From the NCBI GenBank assembly GCA_022360445.1, contig JAKSCV010000073.1:657-64656 (forward strand): a stretch of 64,000 nt of DNA, written 5' to 3'. Both the position numbers and the translations under genes were made by a program. This stretch comes from Gammaproteobacteria bacterium. Lineage in GTDB: Bacteria > Pseudomonadota > Gammaproteobacteria > UBA5861. The number at the start of each line of letters is the position of its first letter. The first letter of the stretch is position 1. Positions 10,290-19,202 of the stretch are shown piece by piece. Under the pieces are notes generated by a model. The model saw only the letters and a program-made list of their open reading frames with translations. It did no database searches and was not told the DNA's origin.

Positions 10290-11495
10290 TTATGTTGCTG
10301 CTTGAACAATATCTCTTTTAAGAAAACTTTTGATCTCTTCCACACTGTAACCGGCTTCTTCCAAGATGCTCGTTGTGTGCTCCCCTTTACGGGCGGCCTG
10401 CATTCTTACAGATCCGGGTGATTTTTCCAACTCGAAGGGCATGCCGATGTTACGGATTTTGCCTTCTGTAGGGTGTTCGACGACTTTAAAAAAGTTCGTG
10501 GCGACAACATGTTCATCCGTTAAGACGTCTTCGGGTTTATTCACTTTCTGGGCGGGTATATCCAACGTTTTGAAAGCCTCAATCCATTCCGCTGTAGTTT
10601 TACTGGGCATGATCTCTTCAACAATTTTGTAAACTTTACTAATGTGCTTCGTCCGGTTTGCAATGTTGCTGAAACGCTCATCTCGCGTCAGTTCCGGGCG
10701 TCCACCCAATTCAAAGAACTTGAGCCATTGCCTGTCGGAATAGGGGAGCGCGCAGATATAGCCGTCTTTGGTTCGGTAAGGCTTGCGGTACGGGGTTGTC
10801 AGCCGGGTGTACCCGGCTGGCCCTGTGGGGGGCTCGAAGGTATAACCATAAAGGCTTTCGAGCATCATAAAATAGTTCATGGCTTCAAACATCGGTACGT
10901 CGACGCGTTGACCTTCGCCGGTGCGCTCCCGGTGCAAAAGTGCCAAGGTGATGGCATTAGCTGCCATCATGCCGCTGGCTTTATCCATCATCACGGTTGG
11001 CACGTATTTGGGTGCGCCGTCATTGTATTGACCAATCAGGTCGGCTAAGCCCGTTGCGCTTTGTATCAGGTCGTCGACGGCGCCGTTATCCCGATAAGGG
11101 CCGTGTCGGCTGAAACCAACGCAGGCGCAATAAATCAAACCGGGGTTGATTGCACTCAGCTCTTGGTAGGTCAGCCCCAATTTAGCGGCCGGTTTGGGGC
11201 GCATATTGTGTAGGATGATATCGCTTTCTTTTACCAGGCGATGGAGGATTTCTTTGCCTTCACTCGTTTGCAGATTGAGTACCATGCTGCGCTTGTTTCG
11301 ATTGGCAACGAGATGAACGGGTCCCATACCAGGGTTACGCCCAGGGCCAACGTAGCGCATGTAGTCGCCTTCAGGCGGTTCGATTTTAATAACATCGGCG
11401 CCCATGTCTCCCAGTATTTGACCCGCAAAGGGACCAAACAGAATCATGCTCAAATCGAGCACCTTGTACCCACTAAGAGGCCCTTTTGACGACAT
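10290..11495 (-). CDS. Family III CoA-transferase (CaiB/BaiF/Frc type)
   Basis: N-terminus LSGYKVLDLSMILFGPFAGQILGDMGADVIKIEPP. 401 aa. Confidence 0.85.
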   Translation of the reverse strand: MSSKGPLSGYKVLDLSMILFGPFAGQILGDMGADVIKIEPPEGDYMRYVGPGRNPGMGPVHLVANRNKRSMVLNLQTSEGKEILHRLVKESDIILHNMRPKPAAKLGLTYQELSAINPGLIYCACVGFSRHGPYRDNGAVDDLIQSATGLADLIGQYNDGAPKYVPTVMMDKASGMMAANAITLALLHRERTGEGQRVDVPMFEAMNYFMMLESLYGYTFEPPTGPAGYTRLTTPYRKPYRTKDGYICALPYSDRQWLKFFELGGRPELTRDERFSNIANRTKHISKVYKIVEEIMPSKTTAEWIEAFKTLDIPAQKVNKPEDVLTDEHVVATNFFKVVEHPTEGKIRNIGMPFELEKSPGSVRMQAARKGEHTTSILEEAGYSVEEIKSFLKRDIVQAAT

Positions 11496-11590
11496 GCTGC
11501 TCCCCCCGCCTGAAATTTATGTCAAAATGTATTGGTTTATTGTTAGTACCAAAGTGTACCTGAAGATTAACGAGAACAAAAAGTGAGGAA

Positions 11591-12754
11591 ATGATGGAAC
11601 AGTTTGCATTGACCGATGAACAAAAAATGCTCCGTGAAACCATTGCAAAAGTGGCGCGTGAAAAAGTCGCACCCCGGGCGGCTGAAATTGATGCGAAGGC
11701 CGAGTATCCCCAGGATATGTTTGACTTATTAAAAAGCCTGGACTTGTTCGCACTGCCTTTTCCTGAAGAATACGGTGGAACCAACAGCATGTTGGCCTCG
11801 TGTATCGCTGTCGAAGAACTGGCTCGTGTGTGCTACAACACCGCCTACTTGCTCGTTGTGCAGTGGGTGCCGTTTGGTGCCATTTTGCACGGAGGCACAG
11901 AGGCGCAGAAGGCAGACTACTTACCCCAGTTGGCGTCTGGAGCGCTGAGAGGCGCGCTGGGCGTTACCGAGCCCCAGGCTGGCTCTGATGTGTCAGCAAT
12001 TACCACGCGGGCTGAAAAAGTAGAGGGCGGTTATCGCATTAACGGAACTAAAATTTTCTGTACGAACTCCGCTGTGGCGGACTTCGCCTTAATTGCCGCG
12101 AAGACCGATCCCACCAAAAAGCATGCGGGAATAGGGGTGTTTATTGTCGATACGAAAAGCGAAGGTTTTATGGTGGCACGAAATGAATCCAAGCTGGGGG
12201 CAAGGGGAGTGCCTTCATCCGAACTGCATTTTGACAACATTTTCGTGCCGGATGATAAAGTATTGGGCGAACCGGGAAAGGGCTTTAAACTGGTTATGGA
12301 AGCCTTCAATAAAAGTCGCCCCATTATTGGTGCGCGAGGCGTAGGTTTAGCCCAGGGTGCCATGGATTTATGCGTCAATTATGTGAAAGATCGCGAGGCA
12401 TTTGGCCAACCTATTGCCAACTTTCAGGGCGTACAGTGGATGATTGCAGACATGGCAATCCAAAATGAAGCAGCACGTAATCTGGTTTACAAAGCCGCGG
12501 CGATGGTGGATGCCGGCGCGACCGGTCAGGAATTGGCACCCATGGCTGCGATCTCAAAATGTTTTTCAACGGATGTGGCCATGAAGGTGGCAACCGATGC
12601 TTTGCAGCTATTTGGTTCTCAAGGTATATCCAGGGATAATCCGATCGAACGCTATTTCCGTGATGCCAAAGTGCTGCAAATTATTGAAGGAACCAATCAG
12701 ATTCAGCGTAATATTGTGGGCAGGCATATTATTAATACAACTTATCCCGCTTAA
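11591..12754 (+). CDS. Acyl-CoA dehydrogenase (canonical C-terminal catalytic Glu, IIEGTNQIQ)
   Basis: ACAD N-, middle- and C-domains. 387 aa. Confidence 0.9.
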   Translation: MMEQFALTDEQKMLRETIAKVAREKVAPRAAEIDAKAEYPQDMFDLLKSLDLFALPFPEEYGGTNSMLASCIAVEELARVCYNTAYLLVVQWVPFGAILHGGTEAQKADYLPQLASGALRGALGVTEPQAGSDVSAITTRAEKVEGGYRINGTKIFCTNSAVADFALIAAKTDPTKKHAGIGVFIVDTKSEGFMVARNESKLGARGVPSSELHFDNIFVPDDKVLGEPGKGFKLVMEAFNKSRPIIGARGVGLAQGAMDLCVNYVKDREAFGQPIANFQGVQWMIADMAIQNEAARNLVYKAAAMVDAGATGQELAPMAAISKCFSTDVAMKVATDALQLFGSQGISRDNPIERYFRDAKVLQIIEGTNQIQRNIVGRHIINTTYPA

Positions 12755-12780
12755 GTGTGGATAAATATTGACGGGGGAGA

Positions 12781-13476
12781 ATGATGTCAAACGTTGCACC
12801 AGAAGGTACGCTCAGTTTTGAAGAAGCGGTGATGGCCAGGCGATCCGTACGCGGTTTTCTGGATACGCCTGTTCCGGCAGAAACACTGCGCACTATTTTC
12901 ACACTGGCGCAACAGGCTCCCTCGAATTGCAATATTCAGCACTGGAAGGTGATGGTTGCTTCAGGCCAGGCGGCCAAGCGTTTGAGCCAAAAGTTTATCG
13001 ATGTGGTTTTGTCTGGGAAAGGGCCTGAACCGGACTTTGACCGCCTGGAAAAGTTCGAGGGTATCTTCCGCACCCGGCAAGTAGAAACGGCGCAAGCGCT
13101 GTACGGCGCGATGGGGATTGAGCGGGACGATAAAGAGGGCCGTATGCGTGCCGCACTGCGTAATTTTGAGTTCTTCAATGCCCCGCATGTCGCCTTGCTG
13201 GCCATGCCAAAAGATTTTGGTGAAGTGCTGGCGCTTGATGTTGGCATGTATGCGCAAACACTGATGCTGGCGATGGCAGCGCACGGTGTGGGCTCTTGTG
13301 CGCAGGCGAGCTTGAGTAATTACCCTTCAGTGATTCGTGATTTTTTTGGTCTGGATGATCATTATGGTCTATTAATGGGTATTTCTTTTGGGTATGAAGA
13401 TCCCAGCATACCGGCGAATAAAACCCGCGTCCCTCGTACCTCAATAGATGCTGCTGTCCAATTTATTGACGATTAA
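12781..13476 (+). CDS. Nitroreductase-family flavoprotein
   Basis: RRSVRGF...CNIQHWK motifs of the NfsB/nitroreductase superfamily. Confidence 0.8.
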   Translation: MMSNVAPEGTLSFEEAVMARRSVRGFLDTPVPAETLRTIFTLAQQAPSNCNIQHWKVMVASGQAAKRLSQKFIDVVLSGKGPEPDFDRLEKFEGIFRTRQVETAQALYGAMGIERDDKEGRMRAALRNFEFFNAPHVALLAMPKDFGEVLALDVGMYAQTLMLAMAAHGVGSCAQASLSNYPSVIRDFFGLDDHYGLLMGISFGYEDPSIPANKTRVPRTSIDAAVQFIDD

Positions 13477-13788
13477 CCTGCCTTATCGATGGCTTTTTCT
13501 GGGGTTTCGTTTTGTTTTCCGTAGAGGGTCAGCTGGCTTTCGATTGAATAGAAAGGGCTCAGTCGAGTTGATTTCATTTAACGATCGATAGCTTGCTTTT
13601 GATAACCAGTTACTATTATTACAGTATAGAAATATTATGTAATGTAATCACTGGGCTACTCAATACACACAAAAAGAGTGGTTTTAGTATTGCTTAATTG
13701 AGCCAGCTATAAACCGAACCTCTTACTTATGTGATGAGGAGGTTTTAGCCTTTTGATACACGGTATTTAATAATAAAAATGGTGTTGA

Positions 13789-14106
13789 TTGATGAAGTTG
13801 CTAGATTTAAATTTAAGTGAGAAGGCGTTGGATATGTTGTTTGATCTAACGCTAGTTGTTGAAATGGAAGATGGAAAGCGATTCAAGTTACTTGAGGAGG
13901 ATGTCAACAGTTTGTGCCGTTTGGTTGCGTATGTAAGTGCTTCAGCAAATAGAAAAGTTAGAAAAGCGTTTAAAGCTTTTATTGGTGAATTAGATAGAGA
14001 CCAAGTTTCATATTTAGATGTGAAGTTAGGCGATATCGTGTCCAAGGCATTGAGCCAGTCATCACACCGAACAATGTATCGGGGCCGAAGGTTGTCCGCG
14101 AAGTAG
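13789..14106 (+). CDS. Hypothetical 105-aa protein inside a low-GC insert. No recognisable family.
   Basis: ATG ORF in a stretch of roughly 40% GC. No homology recognised by eye. The coding status is uncertain. Confidence 0.3.
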   Translation: MMKLLDLNLSEKALDMLFDLTLVVEMEDGKRFKLLEEDVNSLCRLVAYVSASANRKVRKAFKAFIGELDRDQVSYLDVKLGDIVSKALSQSSHRTMYRGRRLSAK

Positions 14107-14202
14107 ACATTTAAGCGGGTGAGTTTGCGTTTGAACCGTGCCCGATCAAGTGCCCGATCAGGCCGGTTAACTCCGCTGTATCGTGTTTTTCTATGAATCC
14201 AA

Positions 14203-15111
14203 CTAGCCTGGCCGGTGATGTTTATGCCAATGTTGGGCAATATCAACGCGACGGCAGATCCATACGTTATCAATCGCCTGAATATATTCTATAAAGCGTT
14301 GTAGTGCAGCAAAGCGGCCAGGGCGCCCAACCAGACGGCAGTGCAAACCAACGGACATCATTTTTGGCTGTGTGTCCCCTTCTGCGTAAAGCACATCAAA
14401 GGTATCTTTCAAGTAACTGAAAAACTCGTTCCCGCTATTGAACCCTTGGTTGCTGGCGAAGCACATGTCGTTGACGTCAAGCGTATAGGGAATAACCAAG
14501 TGTGGCTTGTTGCCGGGGCCTTCTATCCAAAAAGGCAGATCATCAGAATAGTCGTCAGCATCATACAAAGGAGATGCGCTCTCCAAGATGAGACGCCGGC
14601 TGTTTTCACTCGTTCTACCGATATACCAGCCTTCAGGTTTTTTGCCGATGAGTGTTTGATGTATATCCAAAGCCTTTTTAATGTGTGCCCGTTCCGTTTC
14701 TTCGTCGACGGCATGGTAATCAATCCAACGGTAACCGTGGCTGGCTATTTCCCAGTCGGCGTTCAGCATGGCTTTGACTGCCGAGGGGTTACGCTCGAGT
14801 GCCATGCCCACCCCAAATACCGTCACAGGTAGTTTGTGCTGTGTGAACAAGCGGTGTAATCGCCAGAAGCCGACTCTGGAACCATATTCGTAAATAGACT
14901 CCATACTCAGGTGGCGTTTGCCCAGCCAGGGCTGGGCATTGGTAATCTCTGAAAGAAACGCTTCGGAAGCGGCATCCCCATGAAGAATGCAATTTTCTCC
15001 GCCTTCTTCGTAATTGATCACAAATTGAACGGCGATCTTGGCACTATCTGGCCACTCAGGGTGAGGTGGTTGATTCGCATAACCCACAAGATTACGAGGA
15101 TACTGCTTCAT
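14203..15111 (-). CDS. puuE: Allantoinase PuuE (polysaccharide-deacetylase-fold, metal-independent)
   Basis: N-terminus MKQYPRNLVGYANQPPHPEWPD...VINYEEGGE characteristic of PuuE. Confidence 0.85.
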   Translation of the reverse strand: MKQYPRNLVGYANQPPHPEWPDSAKIAVQFVINYEEGGENCILHGDAASEAFLSEITNAQPWLGKRHLSMESIYEYGSRVGFWRLHRLFTQHKLPVTVFGVGMALERNPSAVKAMLNADWEIASHGYRWIDYHAVDEETERAHIKKALDIHQTLIGKKPEGWYIGRTSENSRRLILESASPLYDADDYSDDLPFWIEGPGNKPHLVIPYTLDVNDMCFASNQGFNSGNEFFSYLKDTFDVLYAEGDTQPKMMSVGLHCRLVGRPGRFAALQRFIEYIQAIDNVWICRRVDIAQHWHKHHRPG

Positions 15112-16298
15112 TATTCATCCCTCTGCTGGATGCTCTGGTACCAGCGCCCCAGCATCTCTCGTTCGGCAAGGGACATGTGCGTGGCATTGCCGAGTGGCAT
15201 AGACTGCGTGGCGACGGTCCGAGCGTAAATTTGGGTTGCCTGCCGTTCGAGGTCCGCTTCTGTATCAAAAGTTACGCCATTGGGAGCGGTTTGAAAATGT
15301 GCATCAGTGGGTTGCGCAGAGTGGCACTGGCGGCAGTGTGTTTGCACAATAGTGAAAGCTTGTGGAGTAGTCACGGTTGTCGTTATCGTAGATGAGGTGG
15401 TCTGTGGCCGTATGACAAAGGCCAGCACCAAAGTTGCCAGTGCCGCGGCAGGCAACAACCACCTTGCATTTCGGCCTTTGTTTTTCAGATTGAAGTAGTG
15501 GCGTACCGCAATACCGATGGCAGACAATGCGGCCAACACCAGCCAATTCATGGTGTGCGTAAAGGTGACCGGGAAGTGATTACTCACCATGATAAATAAC
15601 ACCGGCAAGGTGAAATAGTTGTTATGCAGAGAGCGGGTAAAGCCCTGTTTACCCACGTGAGGATCAGGGCGATTGCCTGCCATTAATGCATTAACCAGCG
15701 TATGCTGAGAAGGAATAATGACAAAAAAAACGTTGCCTACCATTAAAGTACCGATGAGGGCGCCAGTATGAATATAAGCGGCCCGAGGGTTAAGCAGCTG
15801 GGAAAGAAAAAAGGCGATAGCCGTTAGTGACAGAAAGAGCACGCAAAAAAACAAAGTGGGCTTCGCGGTCAAGGTTGTCTTGCAAAGTTGGTGGTAGCCC
15901 AGCCAGCCAATGAGCAAAGTGCCCAGGCTAATGACCATCGCCATTGCAGGAGACAGATCGGCAACAGTCGAGTCAATCAGGTAAACCTCGGGCACCATGT
16001 AGTAGACAATAAACAGCAGCACCATGCCGCTGAGCCATGTGGTATAGGCTTCCCACTTAAACCAGTGTAGTGTTTTGGGCAATGCCTGGGGGGCGACTTC
16101 ATATTTTTGCACATGGTAGAACCCACCGCCATGAACGGCCCAAAGGTCACCGGCTACGCCATTTGGCAAACTTTTGTTACGTTCCAGGTGGCCTTCCAAC
16201 CAGTTGAAATAAAAAGACGCCCCAATCCAGGCGACGCCGGTGATGACATGAATCCACCGAACTACAAGATTGAGCCATTCACTGACGTACGGATCCAC
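15111..16298 (-). CDS. puuD: Integral-membrane urate hydroxylase PuuD with a C-terminal cytochrome c domain
   Basis: Multiple TM helices plus a CRQCH haem-binding motif near the C-terminus. Sits in the purine cluster between puuE and allA. Confidence 0.8.
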   Translation of the reverse strand: MDPYVSEWLNLVVRWIHVITGVAWIGASFYFNWLEGHLERNKSLPNGVAGDLWAVHGGGFYHVQKYEVAPQALPKTLHWFKWEAYTTWLSGMVLLFIVYYMVPEVYLIDSTVADLSPAMAMVISLGTLLIGWLGYHQLCKTTLTAKPTLFFCVLFLSLTAIAFFLSQLLNPRAAYIHTGALIGTLMVGNVFFVIIPSQHTLVNALMAGNRPDPHVGKQGFTRSLHNNYFTLPVLFIMVSNHFPVTFTHTMNWLVLAALSAIGIAVRHYFNLKNKGRNARWLLPAAALATLVLAFVIRPQTTSSTITTTVTTPQAFTIVQTHCRQCHSAQPTDAHFQTAPNGVTFDTEADLERQATQIYARTVATQSMPLGNATHMSLAEREMLGRWYQSIQQRDE

Positions 16299-16826
16299 TT
16301 AATGGGCACTCCCGTCTGTTGTTGTGGGGGCAATACTGATATTAATGGATGTCGGAAAGGTAAATTCCTCACAGTTTTTTCCAGGCCCTCCCCGGTCGAT
16401 GACGATAAAGTCTGTTTCGGTATCCAGGGCAATGATGGGGTGGTGCCAGGTGTTGCGGTGGTAATTAACACCTTGTCCGCCGTGGCTGAGGAAAGCCTGT
16501 ATGCGATTAGGGGGAATAGCCTCCCCTGCGCTGGCGACAACAACCATAAAAGGTTTTTGACTGAGTGGTATAAAGGCCTGGGAGCCCAGAGGGTGGCGCT
16601 CAAGTATACGGATTTTAAGCGGTTGCGGCAGAGGGCGGGCTCGGAAAATATTTAACAGAGGGTGGCCGTTTTCTGCGTTCACATCAATCCTGGCCAGGTC
16701 ATGAAAGCGCTGGGTATTACCGTTGTTAATGACATGAAGTGAGCGCGGGTCGGCCTCAATGACATCACCAAATTCAGCAAAGCGAGCATGCGTCAGTGGC
16801 CGTAATGGAATTTCAACAGTAGTCAT
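16299..16826 (-). CDS. allA: Ureidoglycolate lyase (ureidoglycolate hydrolase family)
   Basis: 175 aa, AllA-like sequence. Confidence 0.85.
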   Translation of the reverse strand: MTTVEIPLRPLTHARFAEFGDVIEADPRSLHVINNGNTQRFHDLARIDVNAENGHPLLNIFRARPLPQPLKIRILERHPLGSQAFIPLSQKPFMVVVASAGEAIPPNRIQAFLSHGGQGVNYHRNTWHHPIIALDTETDFIVIDRGGPGKNCEEFTFPTSINISIAPTTTDGSAH

Positions 16827-16829
16827 TGT

Positions 16830-17819
16830 TTAGTCTGCGGTTTTCCCGTAGATATAAAGGCGTGAGATGCCGCCGTCTGGGAAGATATTCAGACGGATAT
16901 GGGAAATATCGCCAATGTCGTTAATTTCTGAAATGTACGTGTGGGTTTCATCGGGCTTTAATTGAGATTTTGTCAGCAAATGTGGCCAAAAGAGACTCTG
17001 GGTTGCCAGAGTATCCTCACTTCCGCCTTTGACGTAGGAGCCTTGAATGGAGCAGCTTTCAGGGTAATTACCTTTAAAAAAGTGCGTTTCAATGATGACT
17101 TTTTCCACTCGGCCAAGTCGGCCTAAGGAAAAAATGGCCCAATCATACCCGGGTTCGCGTCGACGGCGGGTTTCCCAGCCGTCGCCCATGTTGCGTGGTG
17201 GATAGGGTGTGATGACGTTTTGAACCGCTCCAAAATGTTCGTCATTGCATATCAACGCTCGGCCCCCGTTTTTTAAAGAAATGAGGTCGATCACATCCTC
17301 GGGGTGATGGTGATCCCAGTCAGGTAAAAACTCCCCGTACACCCGCAAGCGGGCGACACCTCCATCAGGGTAAATGTTGAGACGAACATAATTCCATTGA
17401 AAGCTACTGTCGATATCAAACCGGTTGTGGCTGTCTGCCTGCAAAGACTTGGACGGCAGAATTCTTACCCAGCTCGTGGTCTCATCTGGGGGCGATTCGG
17501 AAAAGCAGGCATCGATAGAAGCGGAAGGCGGAAAGTTTCCGGTGAAGTGGCGTGTATCAATATCAATATGGCGAATGATCCCGGGGACCCCTAGCTTAAC
17601 CACACAGTAGTCGTAACCTTCATGGCGTTTGCGGCGGCTTTCCCAGCCGTCCATCCACTTGCCCTGATCGGTAAACTTACCTGGAATGAAGACAGGGTCG
17701 CTGTCATTGAGCAGGTTTTCCTTTGCTCCAAAAAACTCGTCTGTTGCCTCAATCACAGAGGCGCCAAAGCTGGCTTGTGCCAGGTTGATCCAGTTTTTAG
17801 AGGGGTGGTTCGTTGTCAT
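16830..17819 (-). CDS. alc: Allantoicase (two allantoicase repeats)
   Basis: 329 aa with an internal duplication typical of allantoicase. Confidence 0.9.
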   Translation of the reverse strand: MTTNHPSKNWINLAQASFGASVIEATDEFFGAKENLLNDSDPVFIPGKFTDQGKWMDGWESRRKRHEGYDYCVVKLGVPGIIRHIDIDTRHFTGNFPPSASIDACFSESPPDETTSWVRILPSKSLQADSHNRFDIDSSFQWNYVRLNIYPDGGVARLRVYGEFLPDWDHHHPEDVIDLISLKNGGRALICNDEHFGAVQNVITPYPPRNMGDGWETRRRREPGYDWAIFSLGRLGRVEKVIIETHFFKGNYPESCSIQGSYVKGGSEDTLATQSLFWPHLLTKSQLKPDETHTYISEINDIGDISHIRLNIFPDGGISRLYIYGKTAD

Positions 17820-17822
17820 GTA

Positions 17823-18356
17823 TTAAAGATCCTGTAAACGGAAAAGTGCAATCTTGTGAATTTCTTCCATTGCGCGATTGAACTCTTCTTCGTGTGTGTG
17901 GGGTAGACGTTCCTTAAAGGCTGCGAGAATGTCATAACGATTACTGTGGCGAACGGCCATGATGAAAGGAAATCCGAACTTTGATTGGTATGCTTGGTTG
18001 GCTTGGTGGAACTGCTCAAGCTCTTCTTCTGAGCATTGATCGAGCCCTGCGCTGGACTGCTCATGTGTGGAGCTGGGTGTTAATTCCCCTTTCAGTGAGG
18101 CTTTGCCAGCGAGGTCCGGGTGTTTTCTGATTAATTCCATTTTTTGATTGTATTCAATATTGTTTACAACACCCATAATTTTTGCATGAAATGACTCGAT
18201 TTTATCGAATGACTCGTCAATGCCAGACTGCCACAGCTGTTCTACAGCCCAAGGGGAGTGCTCATAAATCCCGGAAAAAGTTTGAATAAACTCCGCTTGG
18301 CTCATGTGTGAGGGCGGCTTTTTAAAGAGAAGTGGGTGACGAGCTTCAGAGGTCAT
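17823..18356 (-). CDS. uraD: OHCU decarboxylase (2-oxo-4-hydroxy-4-carboxy-5-ureidoimidazoline decarboxylase)
   Basis: Conserved EHSPW motif and overall family sequence. The start is uncertain: the ORF-track first codon is TTG, and alternative ATGs lie at 18377, 18365, 18356 and 18305. Confidence 0.75.
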   Translation of the reverse strand: MTSEARHPLLFKKPPSHMSQAEFIQTFSGIYEHSPWAVEQLWQSGIDESFDKIESFHAKIMGVVNNIEYNQKMELIRKHPDLAGKASLKGELTPSSTHEQSSAGLDQCSEEELEQFHQANQAYQSKFGFPFIMAVRHSNRYDILAAFKERLPHTHEEEFNRAMEEIHKIALFRLQDL

Positions 18357-19077
18357 TTTTTTCATTCTTCTGTTCATTGCCAAAAATTTTAAATAAATCA
18401 GGCTCTTGAGTGTTTGGCTCCAACAGTAACGTATTCATGATGTGCTCAATATGTTCAGCCATCAGCTCTTCGGCCAAATCGGCCTCACCGGCCTCCATTG
18501 CGTTGATCAGCGACTCATGATCACAATAGGCGCAAGGGGCTGCTTGTAGATTTTGGTATTGGGATACGATCAGTGCTGTGATGGAAATCAGTTTCAACGC
18601 AAATTCCATCATCGGTGCGTTATCAGCGATTTTAGCGATTTGCAGATGAAATTCACTGGATGTACGCAAGCCCTTCCCCCGAGTGCCGGATTCAAAGTAG
18701 CGCTTTTCTTCTGCGACAAGTGAGCGTAAAGAGTCGACTTGGTAGGGTGTAATTTGCTTTGTGGCGATGCGGATAATGGCCCGCTCAACAATCTTGCGTG
18801 CCGTAAAATAATCAGCAACTTCCTCAATCGGCGTCGTGATGACCCGGGCACCTTTATTCGGCTGTATATCCACAACACCTTCATGAGACAGCCGGAGTAA
18901 AACCCGGCGGATAATTGTGCGGCTTACGCCGAAAATTTCGCCAAGAGGCTCTTCCGTCAACCGTGCGCCCGGCGCCAGTTTTTGTTCCAGAATGGCATCA
19001 AAAACTCGTTCATAGATCAACTGCTCTTGGTTGATGCTGCCTTTCTCGCCGCTCTGTTTTTTATCTGCTTTTTTCAC
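18346..19077 (-). CDS. GntR-family (FadR-like C-terminus) transcriptional regulator, likely the local purine-catabolism regulator
   Basis: N-terminal winged HTH GEIFGVSRTIIRRVL. 243 aa. Divergent from the permease gene. Confidence 0.8.
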   Translation of the reverse strand: MKKADKKQSGEKGSINQEQLIYERVFDAILEQKLAPGARLTEEPLGEIFGVSRTIIRRVLLRLSHEGVVDIQPNKGARVITTPIEEVADYFTARKIVERAIIRIATKQITPYQVDSLRSLVAEEKRYFESGTRGKGLRTSSEFHLQIAKIADNAPMMEFALKLISITALIVSQYQNLQAAPCAYCDHESLINAMEAGEADLAEELMAEHIEHIMNTLLLEPNTQEPDLFKIFGNEQKNEKNDL

Positions 19078-19118
19078 AGGGAATACCTGAGTATGGTTGG
19101 AAATAGTTGTATGAACAG

Positions 19119-19130
19119 ATTGTATACAAT
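19119..19130. promoter_or_regulatory. Perfect 12-bp palindrome ATTGTATACAAT, with extra TTGTAT copies at about 19106 and 19143. Candidate GntR-type operator in the divergent gntR/uacT promoter.
   Basis: The palindrome is seen directly. It fits the GT-N-AC core preferred by FadR-subfamily GntR regulators. Confidence 0.35.
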
Positions 19131-19202
19131 TTTAATTTAAAGTTGTATTCTTTGATTTGGTTTTAACGCGTCCTGCATGACAGGTGCAGTAGAGAGGGTC
19201 AT

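Noticed and set aside
11496-11590. GTAC-N6-GTAC motif in the CoA-transferase/ACAD divergent promoter
   Set aside because: On checking, it is not a true palindrome beyond the 4-bp GTAC cores. It is too weak to call an operator.
13767-14273. 168-aa minus-strand ORF spanning the AT-rich insert
   Set aside because: Its 5' end overlaps the puuE coding 3' end. The product is low complexity (S/N-rich). It may be an artefact of AT-rich sequence. The shorter + strand ORF is kept only as a low-confidence feature.
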